Positions 51,782 through 60,591 of a stretch of 64,000 bases of DNA are shown here, one piece after another. Each line of letters begins with the position of its first letter. The stretch's first letter is position 1. The stretch is from positions 108,340 through 172,339 of the forward strand of contig JBBRLQ010000003.1 of assembly GCA_038231275.1 (NCBI GenBank), in the 5' to 3' direction. The position numbers and the translations under genes were made by a program. The DNA comes from Polyangiales bacterium (GTDB taxonomy: Bacteria > Myxococcota_A > Polyangia > Polyangiales > Polyangiaceae). The notes under the pieces were generated by a model that made no database searches, was not told the origin of the DNA, and saw nothing but the letters and a program-made list of their open reading frames with translations.

Positions 51782-53205
51782 CGGCGCTTGTCCAAAATCG
51801 AGGTGCCCGGCGGCGGTGGCGTCACCGGAGGACGCGCGGTGGCCGTCGGCTTGGTCCGCGGCGGCGGATCGTCCTTCGCGGCGACCGCAGAACCGGTCGC
51901 GGTCGCCGGCGGAGTCGCGGTGTCGGTCGGCGTCGGAATCGGAGTCGGAGTCGGAGTCGGAGTCGGAGTCGGAGTCGGAGTCGGAGTCGCCGTCGGCGTC
52001 GCGGCCGCGTGCGAGGCCGCGCGGCGCGGGCCGATCACGGCGAGCGTGCCGACGACGAGCACGCCGAGCACCACCGCGGCGGCCGCGAGGATCGCGACGA
52101 TCCCCGCGCGGCTCGGTCCCGTCTCCGGCGGCGCCGCCCACGCGCGTTGTGCGCTCGCCGACTGCGCCATTCCGGTCGTCATCGGCGGGCGAGGCGGCGG
52201 CGCGCTGAGGTTTTGCGGGATCGGCGTGCTCGGCAACGACGGCTCGACCGGCTGCGGCGCCGCCGCCGCGCGGGCAGCCGCGAGCGGCGCGAGGTTGGCG
52301 CTCATCCTCTCCAGATCCCGCCTCACGTCCCGCGTCCCGAACGGCGCCAGCGCGTAGGCGAGCTCCGCGACGTTCTGGAAGCGCGCGTCGCGATCGCGCG
52401 CGAGGCAGCGCCCGACGATCTGATCGATCGCCGGCGGCACGTCCGGGCGGCGCTCACGAAGCGGCACCAGCGGCTGCTCCAAAATCGCGACGAAGAGCTC
52501 GCCCAGCGTCTCCCCCGAGAAAGGCGTCGCGCCGCTGAGGAGCTCGTACAAGATGACGCCCATCGCCCAGATGTCGGCGCGCGTGTCCACCGTGCGCGAG
52601 CTCCGGAACTGCTCCGGCGAGATGTAGAGCGGCGAGCCGAGGAGCGCGCGCGTCGAGGTCTGCGCCATGTCCGGCGACGTGTCGATCGACGATTTGGAGA
52701 TGCCGAAGTCGAGGACCTTGAGGACCTCGGACCCATCCGGCCACTTCGCGATGAACAGGTTCGACGGTTTTAGATCGCGGTGCACGATGTGGAGCGCGTG
52801 CGCCGCCGAGAGCGCCTCGAGGGCTTGGATGGCGTAGTCGACGGCGAGCGGCACCGGGAGCGGTCCGTCTTTCCGGAGGACGCGCCCGAGATCGCGTCCG
52901 TCGAGGAGCTCCATGAGGATGAACGGCACGCCGGTGTCGAGCGTCCCGACGTCCATCACCTTGGCGACGTGCTCGCTCTTGATGCGCGCGCACGCCCGCG
53001 CCTCGTGGAGGAAGCGGCGCGTCGTGTCCTCGTTCATCACCTCGGGCAAGAGGAGCTTCAGCGCGACCGGCTGCTCGAGCAGCTCGTGACGCGCCGCGAA
53101 GACGACGCCCATTCCGCCGCGACCCACCAACCGCTCGACGCGGTAGCGGCCGCCGAGCACCAGCTCCCCCGCGCGGGGGAGGAGGGCGGCGGACGCGTCG
53201 GACAT
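51778..53205 (-). CDS. Ser/Thr protein kinase with TM helix and extracytoplasmic (Thr-Pro)n tail
   Basis: Kinase motifs are present (GRGGMGVVF, HRDLKPSNLF, DFGISK, GSPLYISPEQ). There is one TM helix (AGIVAILAAAAVVLGVLVVGTLAVIG), then TPTPTPTPTPTPTPTPIPTPT. Confidence 0.9.
   Translation of the reverse strand: MSDASAALLPRAGELVLGGRYRVERLVGRGGMGVVFAARHELLEQPVALKLLLPEVMNEDTTRRFLHEARACARIKSEHVAKVMDVGTLDTGVPFILMELLDGRDLGRVLRKDGPLPVPLAVDYAIQALEALSAAHALHIVHRDLKPSNLFIAKWPDGSEVLKVLDFGISKSSIDTSPDMAQTSTRALLGSPLYISPEQFRSSRTVDTRADIWAMGVILYELLSGATPFSGETLGELFVAILEQPLVPLRERRPDVPPAIDQIVGRCLARDRDARFQNVAELAYALAPFGTRDVRRDLERMSANLAPLAAARAAAAPQPVEPSLPSTPIPQNLSAPPPRPPMTTGMAQSASAQRAWAAPPETGPSRAGIVAILAAAAVVLGVLVVGTLAVIGPRRAASHAAATPTATPTPTPTPTPTPTPTPIPTPTDTATPPATATGSAVAAKDDPPPRTKPTATARPPVTPPPPGTSILDKRR
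51941..51988. repeat. hexanucleotide microsatellite (GGAGTC)x8, coding for (Thr-Pro)n on the minus strand
   Basis: Eight perfect tandem copies read directly from the sequence. Degenerate copies flank them (GGAATC at 51935-51940, GCCGTC/GGCGTC after). Confidence 0.95.
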
Positions 53206-53400
53206 GGCGTTAGGCTACTTTGTGCGCTGCGGAATCGCCAATCGAGAGTGCCTCCCGCCGGGCATCCATGCATTCGGTCGGGCGTTTGGCGCGCCGGGGG
53301 AACCTTCGGCCTATCCGATTGTCATGTCGCGCAATTGGGCAGATCCTTCTCGTTTGCGGCGCGTATCACGCGCACGAATCGCCATCCCTAGGGGGACCTC

Positions 53401-56400
53401 ATGACCGACTCCGCGACCGTTCCCGAACCGCGCGTGTTCCGCCTCTCTCGCCGCATGCTGATCCTCGGGGTCGCGGCGCTCGCCGGCGTCCTCGGGATCG
53501 TGGTGTGGCTCGTCACGCGAACGCCTGCCCCCGCGCGCGCGCGCAGCATCGGCGCGCGTCTCGAGCTCGCGGCCGGCGACGTCGCGGTCTCCGAGAACAA
53601 GGCGAGCAGCAAAGCCCTCAGCGGCACGCCGCTCGCGATCGGCTCCCACATCGCCACGGGCAAGGGCTCACGCGCCCTCGTGCGCACCGGTGATGGCGCC
53701 GCCGTGTTCCTGCGCGGCGAGACGGAGATCGTGCTCGACGACAAAGGGCTCACCATCGAGTCCGGCGAGGTGTGGCTCGACGCGCCCAAGGTCGACAATG
53801 ACGCGATCGAGGTCGCGCTCGGCAAGCACACGCTCAGCGCGAGCGACTCGGGTCTCTCGATCACGCGCAAGGGCGATGAGGTCACGGTCTACGTCGCGCG
53901 CGGGCTCTCCATCCTCACGTCGCCGGGCGGGCGCGTCGAGATCAACCAAGGCGAGCAAGGCATCATCCACGCGACCGAGGCGCCCAAGGTCTCGGCCGTG
54001 AAGTTCTGGCAGGACTGGACCGGCGGCATGGGCGACTCGCACGCGTCGCACGGCGCGATGGGCAGCGGCTCGGGGCGAATCTATGGCCTCGATCCGGGCG
54101 CCCCGCCCGGCGCGCCCGCGAAGAAGCTCGGCATCGCGCAGCAGAGCGTTCGCGCCGTGGTGCGCGACGGCATCGCCGAGACCGAGGTCGATCAGACGTT
54201 CTCGAACCCCGGCAGCCAGTCGATCGAGGGCTGGTACTGGTTCACGATCCCGCCGCAAGCGATCGTCACGAGCTTCGCGCTCGAGACCGACGGGCACCTC
54301 GTCGAGGGTGAGGTCATCGAGCGCCGCGAGGCGGCCGCGCGCTACCAGGCGGCGGTCACGCAGGCGAAGGATCCGGCGCTCCTCGAGTGGGTCGACGGCC
54401 GCACCTACCGCGCGCGCATCTTCCCGATCCCGCAGAGCGGCACGCGCCGCGTCGTGCTCCGTTACATGGAGACGCTCCCGCGCGTCGACGGCAAGGTTCG
54501 CTACGTCTACCCGATGCGCTCGGACGATCCGCCGCGCTTCGACGAGTTCGCGCTCTCCGTGGATCTCGGCGACATCGGTCCCAAGGTGCAGGTGTCGACG
54601 TCGCTCGACGCGCGCGTGGAGTCGGGCGGGCGCCTCGTGTCGATGCGCCGCAGCGGCTACGTGCCGCGCGCCGATTTCCAGCTCGAGATGGGGGCCGACA
54701 AGAAGGCGCCCGCCGTGCGCGCGTGGCGCTTCGAGGCGGGGACCGACAAGGCCGACTACGTGATGATGCGCTACGTCCCCGAGGTCGATTTCGCGGCGCT
54801 CCCGCCGGCGAAGGGTGAGCTCGTCGTCGTGGTCGACACGTCGGCCGGCGGTGACGAGGCGGCGCGCGCGCTTCGCATGTCGGCGGCGGAGGCGATCCTC
54901 CGCGCGCTCTCCGACGACGATCGCTTCGCCTTGGTGGCGCTCGACGTCGCGCCCACCGTCGTCTACCCGAAGGACGGCCTCGCGCAGGCGACCGACGGCG
55001 ACATCTCCAAGGCCCTCGAGAAGCTCTCCGATCACGCTGTCGGTGGCGCGACGGATCTCGGCGCGATGTTCGAGCCCGCGCTCGAGCGCCTTCACAACAC
55101 CGAGCAGCCCGCCGTCGTGTATGTCGGCGACGGCGCGGCGACGAGCGGCGAGACGAGCTCCGACGCCCTCCTCGAGCGCTTGCGCCGCTCGCTCACCGGA
55201 ACGCGCGCGCGCCTCTTCGCGGTCGGCGTCGGCGCGGATGCGCGTCACGATCTCCTCGGCCAGCTCACACGCGCCGGCGGCGGGCAGTACCTCCGCATCG
55301 ACGAAGGGGACCAGACGACGGGGCAAGCGCTCCGCCTCACGAGCGCGATCAAGACGCCGACGATCACCGATCTCGACATCGATATCGGCGCCGGTCTCGA
55401 TCAGCCCTTTTACTCGGCGACCGGCAAGCTCACGCGCGGCGAGGAGCTGCTCCTGCTCGCGCGCACGCACCACCCGCTCCCGCAGAAGGTGAAGGTCAAG
55501 GGGCGCGTCGGCGGGAAGCCCTTCGACGAGGAGTACCCGCTCACCGTCGAGTCCGGCGTGACGACGTCGCTCGTTCCGCGCCTGTGGGCTGCAGAATACA
55601 CGCGTCGCCTCCTCGGCAGCGGCGGCGCGTCGGAGGACAACCGCGGCAAGGTGCTGGACCTCGGGGTCGAGTACGGCCTCATGACGCCGTACACGAGCAT
55701 CCTCGCGCTCGACAGCGAGAGCGCGTATGCGCGCCAGGGGATCCCGCGCCGCAAGACGAAGCTCCGCGGCGAGCGACTCACTGCGATCACGAGTCCCGAG
55801 AAGGAGCACGAGCTCGCGGCCCTCTACGCGCCGACCTTTCCGATGACGGCGATGGGCTGCGACAAGCGCTCCGCCTCGGCGTCGCACGCCGACGACATGG
55901 AGCAACAAGGTGGCACCGGTGCGCGCGCGAAGGGCGAGGAGGGATCGATGGGAAATCCGTCGCCGCCGACCGCGCAGGTCGCCGCCGTGCCCCAAGCGGG
56001 TCCGAGGGAGGCGACGTTCGCTGACGGCGATCGAAAGGAAGATTCGATTCCGTCGGCGCCCGGGAGCCCGCCCCCGTCGGATCCGAACGGGAACCTGAAG
56101 CTCTCGGCCGGAGGCTCTCCGATCGCCGCCGGAAACAACGGAGCCGGCCTCACGGGGATCGGCGGCGGCGGCGGCGGCGCCAACAAGCCCGTGGCGACCC
56201 CGCCCGCGCCGCGGCGAACCGGTCCGGCCGGCGCGAAGACGGCGCCGAAGGCCGTCATGAAAGATGGGCGTGACCTCATCGAGGAAAAGCAGCTCGCGCT
56301 CGACGCCGACCGGACCCGCGCCAACGCCCTCTCCGCGCTTCGCCCCGCGTGGCCTGCGATCCCGCGCGCGTCTCTCTCGCGATGCAGCGACGCCGCCGCG

Positions 56401-57651
56401 CGCCCGCTCGCCGAGCGCATCGTGTTGTGGCAAAAGCGCGCAAAAAAGGCGCAAAACGCCTACGAGCTCGTCTCGCAGTACGAGATGGCGCGCGCGTCGT
56501 GCGAGCTCCCCGACTGGCGCGATCAGGCGGCGCTCCTCGACTTGCTCCAGCAGCGCGTCGACACCGAAGGCGGCGCCGAGTACGTGCTCGGCCACTTCGC
56601 CGGTGAGACCGACGCGCAGCGTTTCGTGGCGCGCTCGATCTTGCGCCGCACCGTGGACCTCCACCTCGCCGCCGCCGTCGGGCGCGTGCTCTTCGGCAGC
56701 AACGTCGACTGGCAGAAGGTCGACCGCGATCTCCTCGACACCGACAAGGCCGACGCACGCCTCGGAAAGCTCAAGGTCGCGATGGCCGTGGCGCCCGGCG
56801 ATCCGTCGGGCGACGTTCGTTACGTGCGCCTCCTCGCGCAGCTCGATCAGAAGCAGGAGGCGATCGCGTACGGACGACGCCTCCGTGATCGCGGCTTCTT
56901 GACGCCGACCCTCGCGCAGCAGCTCGGCGACGTGCTCTCGTCGGCCGGCGAGAAGGACGAGGCGCTCCGCACCTACTCGGAGATCGTCGAGTTCGACGGC
57001 GGAAATCCCGCGTCGCGCCGCGTCCTCGGGGACATCTTCCTGCGCCAGGGGTGGTACGCGGCGGCGTACCGCCAATACAAGACGCTGACCGATCTCGATC
57101 CGAAGGGACAGCTGCCGCGCCTTCGCTTGGCGGCTGCGGCGGCCGGCGCGGGACGCACCGACGAGGCGCTCCGCATCGAGCGCGACGTTGCGACCGGCGA
57201 AGGAAACCCTGGACCGAACGATCCGCGCTACTGGGCGCGTCTCTGGTCGGCCGCGCGCATCGGCGCGCTCATGAGCGAGCAAGGCGCCCCCGCCGCGAGC
57301 AAGGACGCGCTCGCACGCAAGCTCAAGGAGCTCCAATTGTTCAGCGGCCCCGGCGCGTTGTCGCTCGTGTCGTGGGAAGACCTCGACGTCGCGGCGTCGC
57401 TGGTGAACGCCGACGAGAAGAAGGACACGCTCCCCGGCGAGGTCACCGACGCGACGCCCACCGGGCTCTACGCGCTGCTCGTGCGCCCCGAGGTCTTCGC
57501 GAAGACCAACTGGGCGGTGCGCTGGAAGAGCGAGCCGCTCGGCCGCGCGCTTGCGTACAAAGTCACGACGCTGTCGTGGGACGGCCGCGACTTCAAGGTG
57601 GCGATCAAGTCCGGCGAGCTGAAGCCGGGCGATCGTCAGATCGCACTGTAA
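53401..57651 (+). CDS. giant (1416 aa) TM-anchored FecR-like + VIT + vWA + TPR protein
   Basis: It has an N-terminal TM helix (MLILGVAALAGVLGIVVWLV). A FecR-like beta-rich sensor segment follows. The VIT-like segment reads WYWFTIPPQAIVTSFALETDGHLVEGEV...KDPALLEW...ARIFPIP. The vWA domain begins LVVVVDTSAGG. The C-terminal ~500 aa are TPR/helical. Confidence 0.88.
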   Translation: MTDSATVPEPRVFRLSRRMLILGVAALAGVLGIVVWLVTRTPAPARARSIGARLELAAGDVAVSENKASSKALSGTPLAIGSHIATGKGSRALVRTGDGAAVFLRGETEIVLDDKGLTIESGEVWLDAPKVDNDAIEVALGKHTLSASDSGLSITRKGDEVTVYVARGLSILTSPGGRVEINQGEQGIIHATEAPKVSAVKFWQDWTGGMGDSHASHGAMGSGSGRIYGLDPGAPPGAPAKKLGIAQQSVRAVVRDGIAETEVDQTFSNPGSQSIEGWYWFTIPPQAIVTSFALETDGHLVEGEVIERREAAARYQAAVTQAKDPALLEWVDGRTYRARIFPIPQSGTRRVVLRYMETLPRVDGKVRYVYPMRSDDPPRFDEFALSVDLGDIGPKVQVSTSLDARVESGGRLVSMRRSGYVPRADFQLEMGADKKAPAVRAWRFEAGTDKADYVMMRYVPEVDFAALPPAKGELVVVVDTSAGGDEAARALRMSAAEAILRALSDDDRFALVALDVAPTVVYPKDGLAQATDGDISKALEKLSDHAVGGATDLGAMFEPALERLHNTEQPAVVYVGDGAATSGETSSDALLERLRRSLTGTRARLFAVGVGADARHDLLGQLTRAGGGQYLRIDEGDQTTGQALRLTSAIKTPTITDLDIDIGAGLDQPFYSATGKLTRGEELLLLARTHHPLPQKVKVKGRVGGKPFDEEYPLTVESGVTTSLVPRLWAAEYTRRLLGSGGASEDNRGKVLDLGVEYGLMTPYTSILALDSESAYARQGIPRRKTKLRGERLTAITSPEKEHELAALYAPTFPMTAMGCDKRSASASHADDMEQQGGTGARAKGEEGSMGNPSPPTAQVAAVPQAGPREATFADGDRKEDSIPSAPGSPPPSDPNGNLKLSAGGSPIAAGNNGAGLTGIGGGGGGANKPVATPPAPRRTGPAGAKTAPKAVMKDGRDLIEEKQLALDADRTRANALSALRPAWPAIPRASLSRCSDAAARPLAERIVLWQKRAKKAQNAYELVSQYEMARASCELPDWRDQAALLDLLQQRVDTEGGAEYVLGHFAGETDAQRFVARSILRRTVDLHLAAAVGRVLFGSNVDWQKVDRDLLDTDKADARLGKLKVAMAVAPGDPSGDVRYVRLLAQLDQKQEAIAYGRRLRDRGFLTPTLAQQLGDVLSSAGEKDEALRTYSEIVEFDGGNPASRRVLGDIFLRQGWYAAAYRQYKTLTDLDPKGQLPRLRLAAAAAGAGRTDEALRIERDVATGEGNPGPNDPRYWARLWSAARIGALMSEQGAPAASKDALARKLKELQLFSGPGALSLVSWEDLDVAASLVNADEKKDTLPGEVTDATPTGLYALLVRPEVFAKTNWAVRWKSEPLGRALAYKVTTLSWDGRDFKVAIKSGELKPGDRQIAL

Positions 57652-57657
57652 TAAAGG

Positions 57658-58746
57658 CTATCCGGGCGCGTCCGGATCGAGCTGGATGGCGACGAGCTCC
57701 GGCGAGGAGCTCGCGATGCTGGCCTTTGGGACGTACGCGTAGCCGTCGTCTCCCCAGCCCTTGCCCCACGAGTTCTTCACGACGAAGAAGTTGCCGATGA
57801 ATCCGACGCACAGCATCGCGTGGTATTCGCGGTGCGGCCAAGCGGCGCGCGGCATGTGGTAGACGCCGTCGCGTCCGATCGCGGTGAACGCATCGCCGGT
57901 GTACATCGAGAGGTTGATCGCCCATCCGGTGCGGAGCGCGTCCTTCGCGTCGTCCACGTGGATGACGAAGACCTTCGCGTCGAGGAGGTGCTTCTCCGCG
58001 TCGGCGGCCATCTCCTCCAACGTGGCCTTGGGGTGCGGATCGTCGTTGGCCCAGAGCGACGCGCGGCAGGTGCCGTGCTTGACGAGCAGCTCGCCGGGTT
58101 GCCACGTCCCCGAGACGCCGTCGCCGCCGAGGTACGCGCGCCGGTAGTCGGTGTGCTCGCCCTGGCGTTTCAGGAACTGGAGCATCGTGAAGCTGCACGC
58201 GAGGTGCGGGAACGGAGTCCCGAGCACATTGCCCGCGAGCTCGATGGCGTGGGTCCACGCGAACGCGTCGCAGCGCAGCGTCTGGCCTTGGTCGCCGACC
58301 GGGGAGCAGTGGCGTCGCATGTCGATCCGCGGCGCGCCGCTCCCGCGCCGGAGCGACGCCGGGACCGCGCCCTTTGCCGGAGCAGGCGCGTGCGTGCGCG
58401 TCCGCTTCGCTTGCGTGAGGTGGACGTCGTCGAAGCGCACGCGCGGCATCGCAGCCCGCACGCGCGTCAGCTCCTCCGCCGAGTCGACCGCGAGCACGCC
58501 GCGCGCCACGATCGCCTCATCGCGCCGATAGAAGCGAAGCCCGCTCGCGCCCCGCGCATGACGCGCAGTCTCCGCGGCGAGCGCCGCATCGAGGCCCGCG
58601 TCTTCGAGAGCGCGGTCACCCTCGTGGAGCGCCCGCGTGTGCGCGGTGTCCCCGAAATGCGGGTGCGCGCCGAAGAGATCCTGCGCCGAGCGCGCGTAGT
58701 CGTCCGCGCTCCAGTCGCCCTCGTCATCCTCCAAATCCGGCGTCAT
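57658..58746 (-). CDS. papain-like (C1 family) cysteine peptidase with ~150-aa N-terminal extension and no signal peptide
   Basis: Catalytic-site contexts are present. GDQGQTLRCDAFAW corresponds to QG.CGSCWAF. HAMLCVGF corresponds to HAV..VGY. VKNSWGKGWGDDGYAYV corresponds to KNSWG..WG..GY. Confidence 0.8.
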   Translation of the reverse strand: MTPDLEDDEGDWSADDYARSAQDLFGAHPHFGDTAHTRALHEGDRALEDAGLDAALAAETARHARGASGLRFYRRDEAIVARGVLAVDSAEELTRVRAAMPRVRFDDVHLTQAKRTRTHAPAPAKGAVPASLRRGSGAPRIDMRRHCSPVGDQGQTLRCDAFAWTHAIELAGNVLGTPFPHLACSFTMLQFLKRQGEHTDYRRAYLGGDGVSGTWQPGELLVKHGTCRASLWANDDPHPKATLEEMAADAEKHLLDAKVFVIHVDDAKDALRTGWAINLSMYTGDAFTAIGRDGVYHMPRAAWPHREYHAMLCVGFIGNFFVVKNSWGKGWGDDGYAYVPKASIASSSPELVAIQLDPDAPG

Positions 58747-58874
58747 CCGACCGGCGCCAGCGTACCAGGGGAGGGTACCAACGTGCTCTCACCGATGGGA
58801 AAAGGCGGCGAAATGCAGGTCGCCCGTACTATCCTGACAATATGCTGTCAAACGATTCGGGTACGTCTTCCATC

Positions 58875-59837
58875 ATGAGAACCCTCTCGTTCGAACGCCC
58901 CGAATCCTTCGACCTCGGCGCCGCGGCGGATTTCTACCGCGGCTTCGTCCCCGGCAGCGGAATGGCCGCGTCGACCGCCGCATCGTCGGCCCTCACGCTC
59001 TCCTTCCATGCGGATCATTCGTTCGCGCCCGTCGCGGTTCGAATGCGTCAAACGGAGAAGCGCCTCTTGGCGGATGTCTTCGGCGACGCGGACGACGTCA
59101 CGGTCCGCGCGCAAGTCGGTCGCATCCTTGGGCTCGAAGGCGACCCGAGTGCGTGGGCGGCGCTCGGGCGGCGTGAGCCCGTGGTGGGCAAGCTGCAGCG
59201 AGAGTTCCCCGGCTTCTTCACGGCCGCGAAGGCGTCGCCGTGGGACGCGGCGACGTGGTCGATCATCGTCCAGCGCGTGAACATGAACCAGGCGGCGCGC
59301 GTGAAGAAGGAGATGGCGCGCGTGCTCGGCGACGCCGTCGACGTGGACGGCGAGGTGCACCACGTGTTCCCCGCGCCCGCGACGGTCCTCGGCCTCGAAA
59401 AATTTCCGGGGCTCTCCGACGAGAAGGTGGCGCGCCTCCGTGGCGTCGCGCAGGCGGCGTGCGATGGAAAGCTCGACGCCGATCGCCTGCGCGCGCTGGG
59501 CGAGGACGCCGCCCTCGCGGAGCTCCAAGAGCTGCGCGGCATCGGGCCGTGGGCGGCGAGCCACGTGTACTTTCGCGGCGCCGCGCCGATCGACGCGCTC
59601 CCGATCGCCGAGCCGCGCGTCCTCCACGCAGTCGCCGACGTGTACGAGTGCCCGGTGCCGTCAATCGAGCGCTTCCAGGAGATCGCCGAGTCGTGGCGCC
59701 CGTTCCGCATGTGGGTCTGCGTGCTGCTCTCGCGTCACCTCGCGCGAACGGACGGCTGGCGCGCGCCGGGCCTCGCGCGGGCGCGTGCTTCGGCGGGCCG
59801 TCGGATCGCGCGCCGCGTCGCCGCTACTTGTACATGA
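58875..59837 (+). CDS. HhH-GPD superfamily DNA glycosylase (AlkA / 3-methyladenine glycosylase II-like)
   Basis: A helix-hairpin-helix motif is present (LQELRGIGPWAASHVYFRG). The overall size and layout resemble AlkA-type glycosylases. The start is placed at MRTLSF. Confidence 0.75.
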   Translation: MRTLSFERPESFDLGAAADFYRGFVPGSGMAASTAASSALTLSFHADHSFAPVAVRMRQTEKRLLADVFGDADDVTVRAQVGRILGLEGDPSAWAALGRREPVVGKLQREFPGFFTAAKASPWDAATWSIIVQRVNMNQAARVKKEMARVLGDAVDVDGEVHHVFPAPATVLGLEKFPGLSDEKVARLRGVAQAACDGKLDADRLRALGEDAALAELQELRGIGPWAASHVYFRGAAPIDALPIAEPRVLHAVADVYECPVPSIERFQEIAESWRPFRMWVCVLLSRHLARTDGWRAPGLARARASAGRRIARRVAATCT

Positions 59838-60000
59838 CGGTCAACGCCGCGCAGATCGGCAGCGCGGACGACGTTTTGCCGCAAGGGTAGCCCGGACAGC
59901 CTGACCAACGAATCGACGAAGAAAGCCGGCGGAGGGAGACTCCTCGGTGACCCACCATGAACGATAAGCCGCGTCTCAAATTGCGGATAGACTCGACCGC

Positions 60001-60513
60001 ATGCGACGCGCGCTCATGGCGGGGATCTTGATGGGCATCGGTATCGGATGCGGAGGGACCGCGCCTCCGCCGCCGATGACGCCCGACGTGCCGACCGCCG
60101 ACGACGCAGGCGCGCTCCCCACTTCCGTCCCGCCGACTGCAACGGACACGCCCGACGCTGCGGTCGCGCCGCCCGCCTCGACCGCGTCCGCATCGGCGCC
60201 AGAGCCGACGCCCCCGCCGCCCGAGGACAAGTGCGCGCCGGTCGCGCTCGCGTACGAGAAATCGCTCCGCGCGAAGCTCCGTCAGTGTTGGCTCGACGCT
60301 GCGAACAAGAGCAAGGACCGCATCGTCGGCTCCGCGAAGCTCATTCTCGAGATCGACAACTCCGGGAAGGTCATCGGGCAGCGCTTCGCCGAGAAGAGCG
60401 ATCTTCCCGCGCCGATCCAGAAATGCATGATGAAGGCGTTCAAGGCGGAGCCGATCGACGGCAAGAAGTGCGACATGAAGACCTTCACCATCGCTGAAAA
60501 ATTCCCGCGCTAG
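60001..60513 (+). CDS. small lipoprotein with AgmX/PglI-type Cys-pair C-terminal domain
   Basis: It has a lipobox (MGIGIGC) and a Pro/Ala/Thr-rich linker. The C-terminus reads KCAPVALAYEKSLRAKLRQCW...IQKCMMKAF...KKC. Confidence 0.6.
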   Translation: MRRALMAGILMGIGIGCGGTAPPPPMTPDVPTADDAGALPTSVPPTATDTPDAAVAPPASTASASAPEPTPPPPEDKCAPVALAYEKSLRAKLRQCWLDAANKSKDRIVGSAKLILEIDNSGKVIGQRFAEKSDLPAPIQKCMMKAFKAEPIDGKKCDMKTFTIAEKFPR

Positions 60514-60591
60514 CGGACGGCGAGGTCTCATTTTCGGCCGAAAGCACGCGTCTGCTCGCGTCCGCGACGCTTCAGCGCTAACCCTCCGCGC

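Noticed and set aside
51901-52010. Regular short repeats that might be mistaken for a CRISPR-like or non-coding array
   Set aside because: The unit is only 6 nt with no spacers, and it lies in frame inside the kinase gene encoding a (Thr-Pro)n linker.
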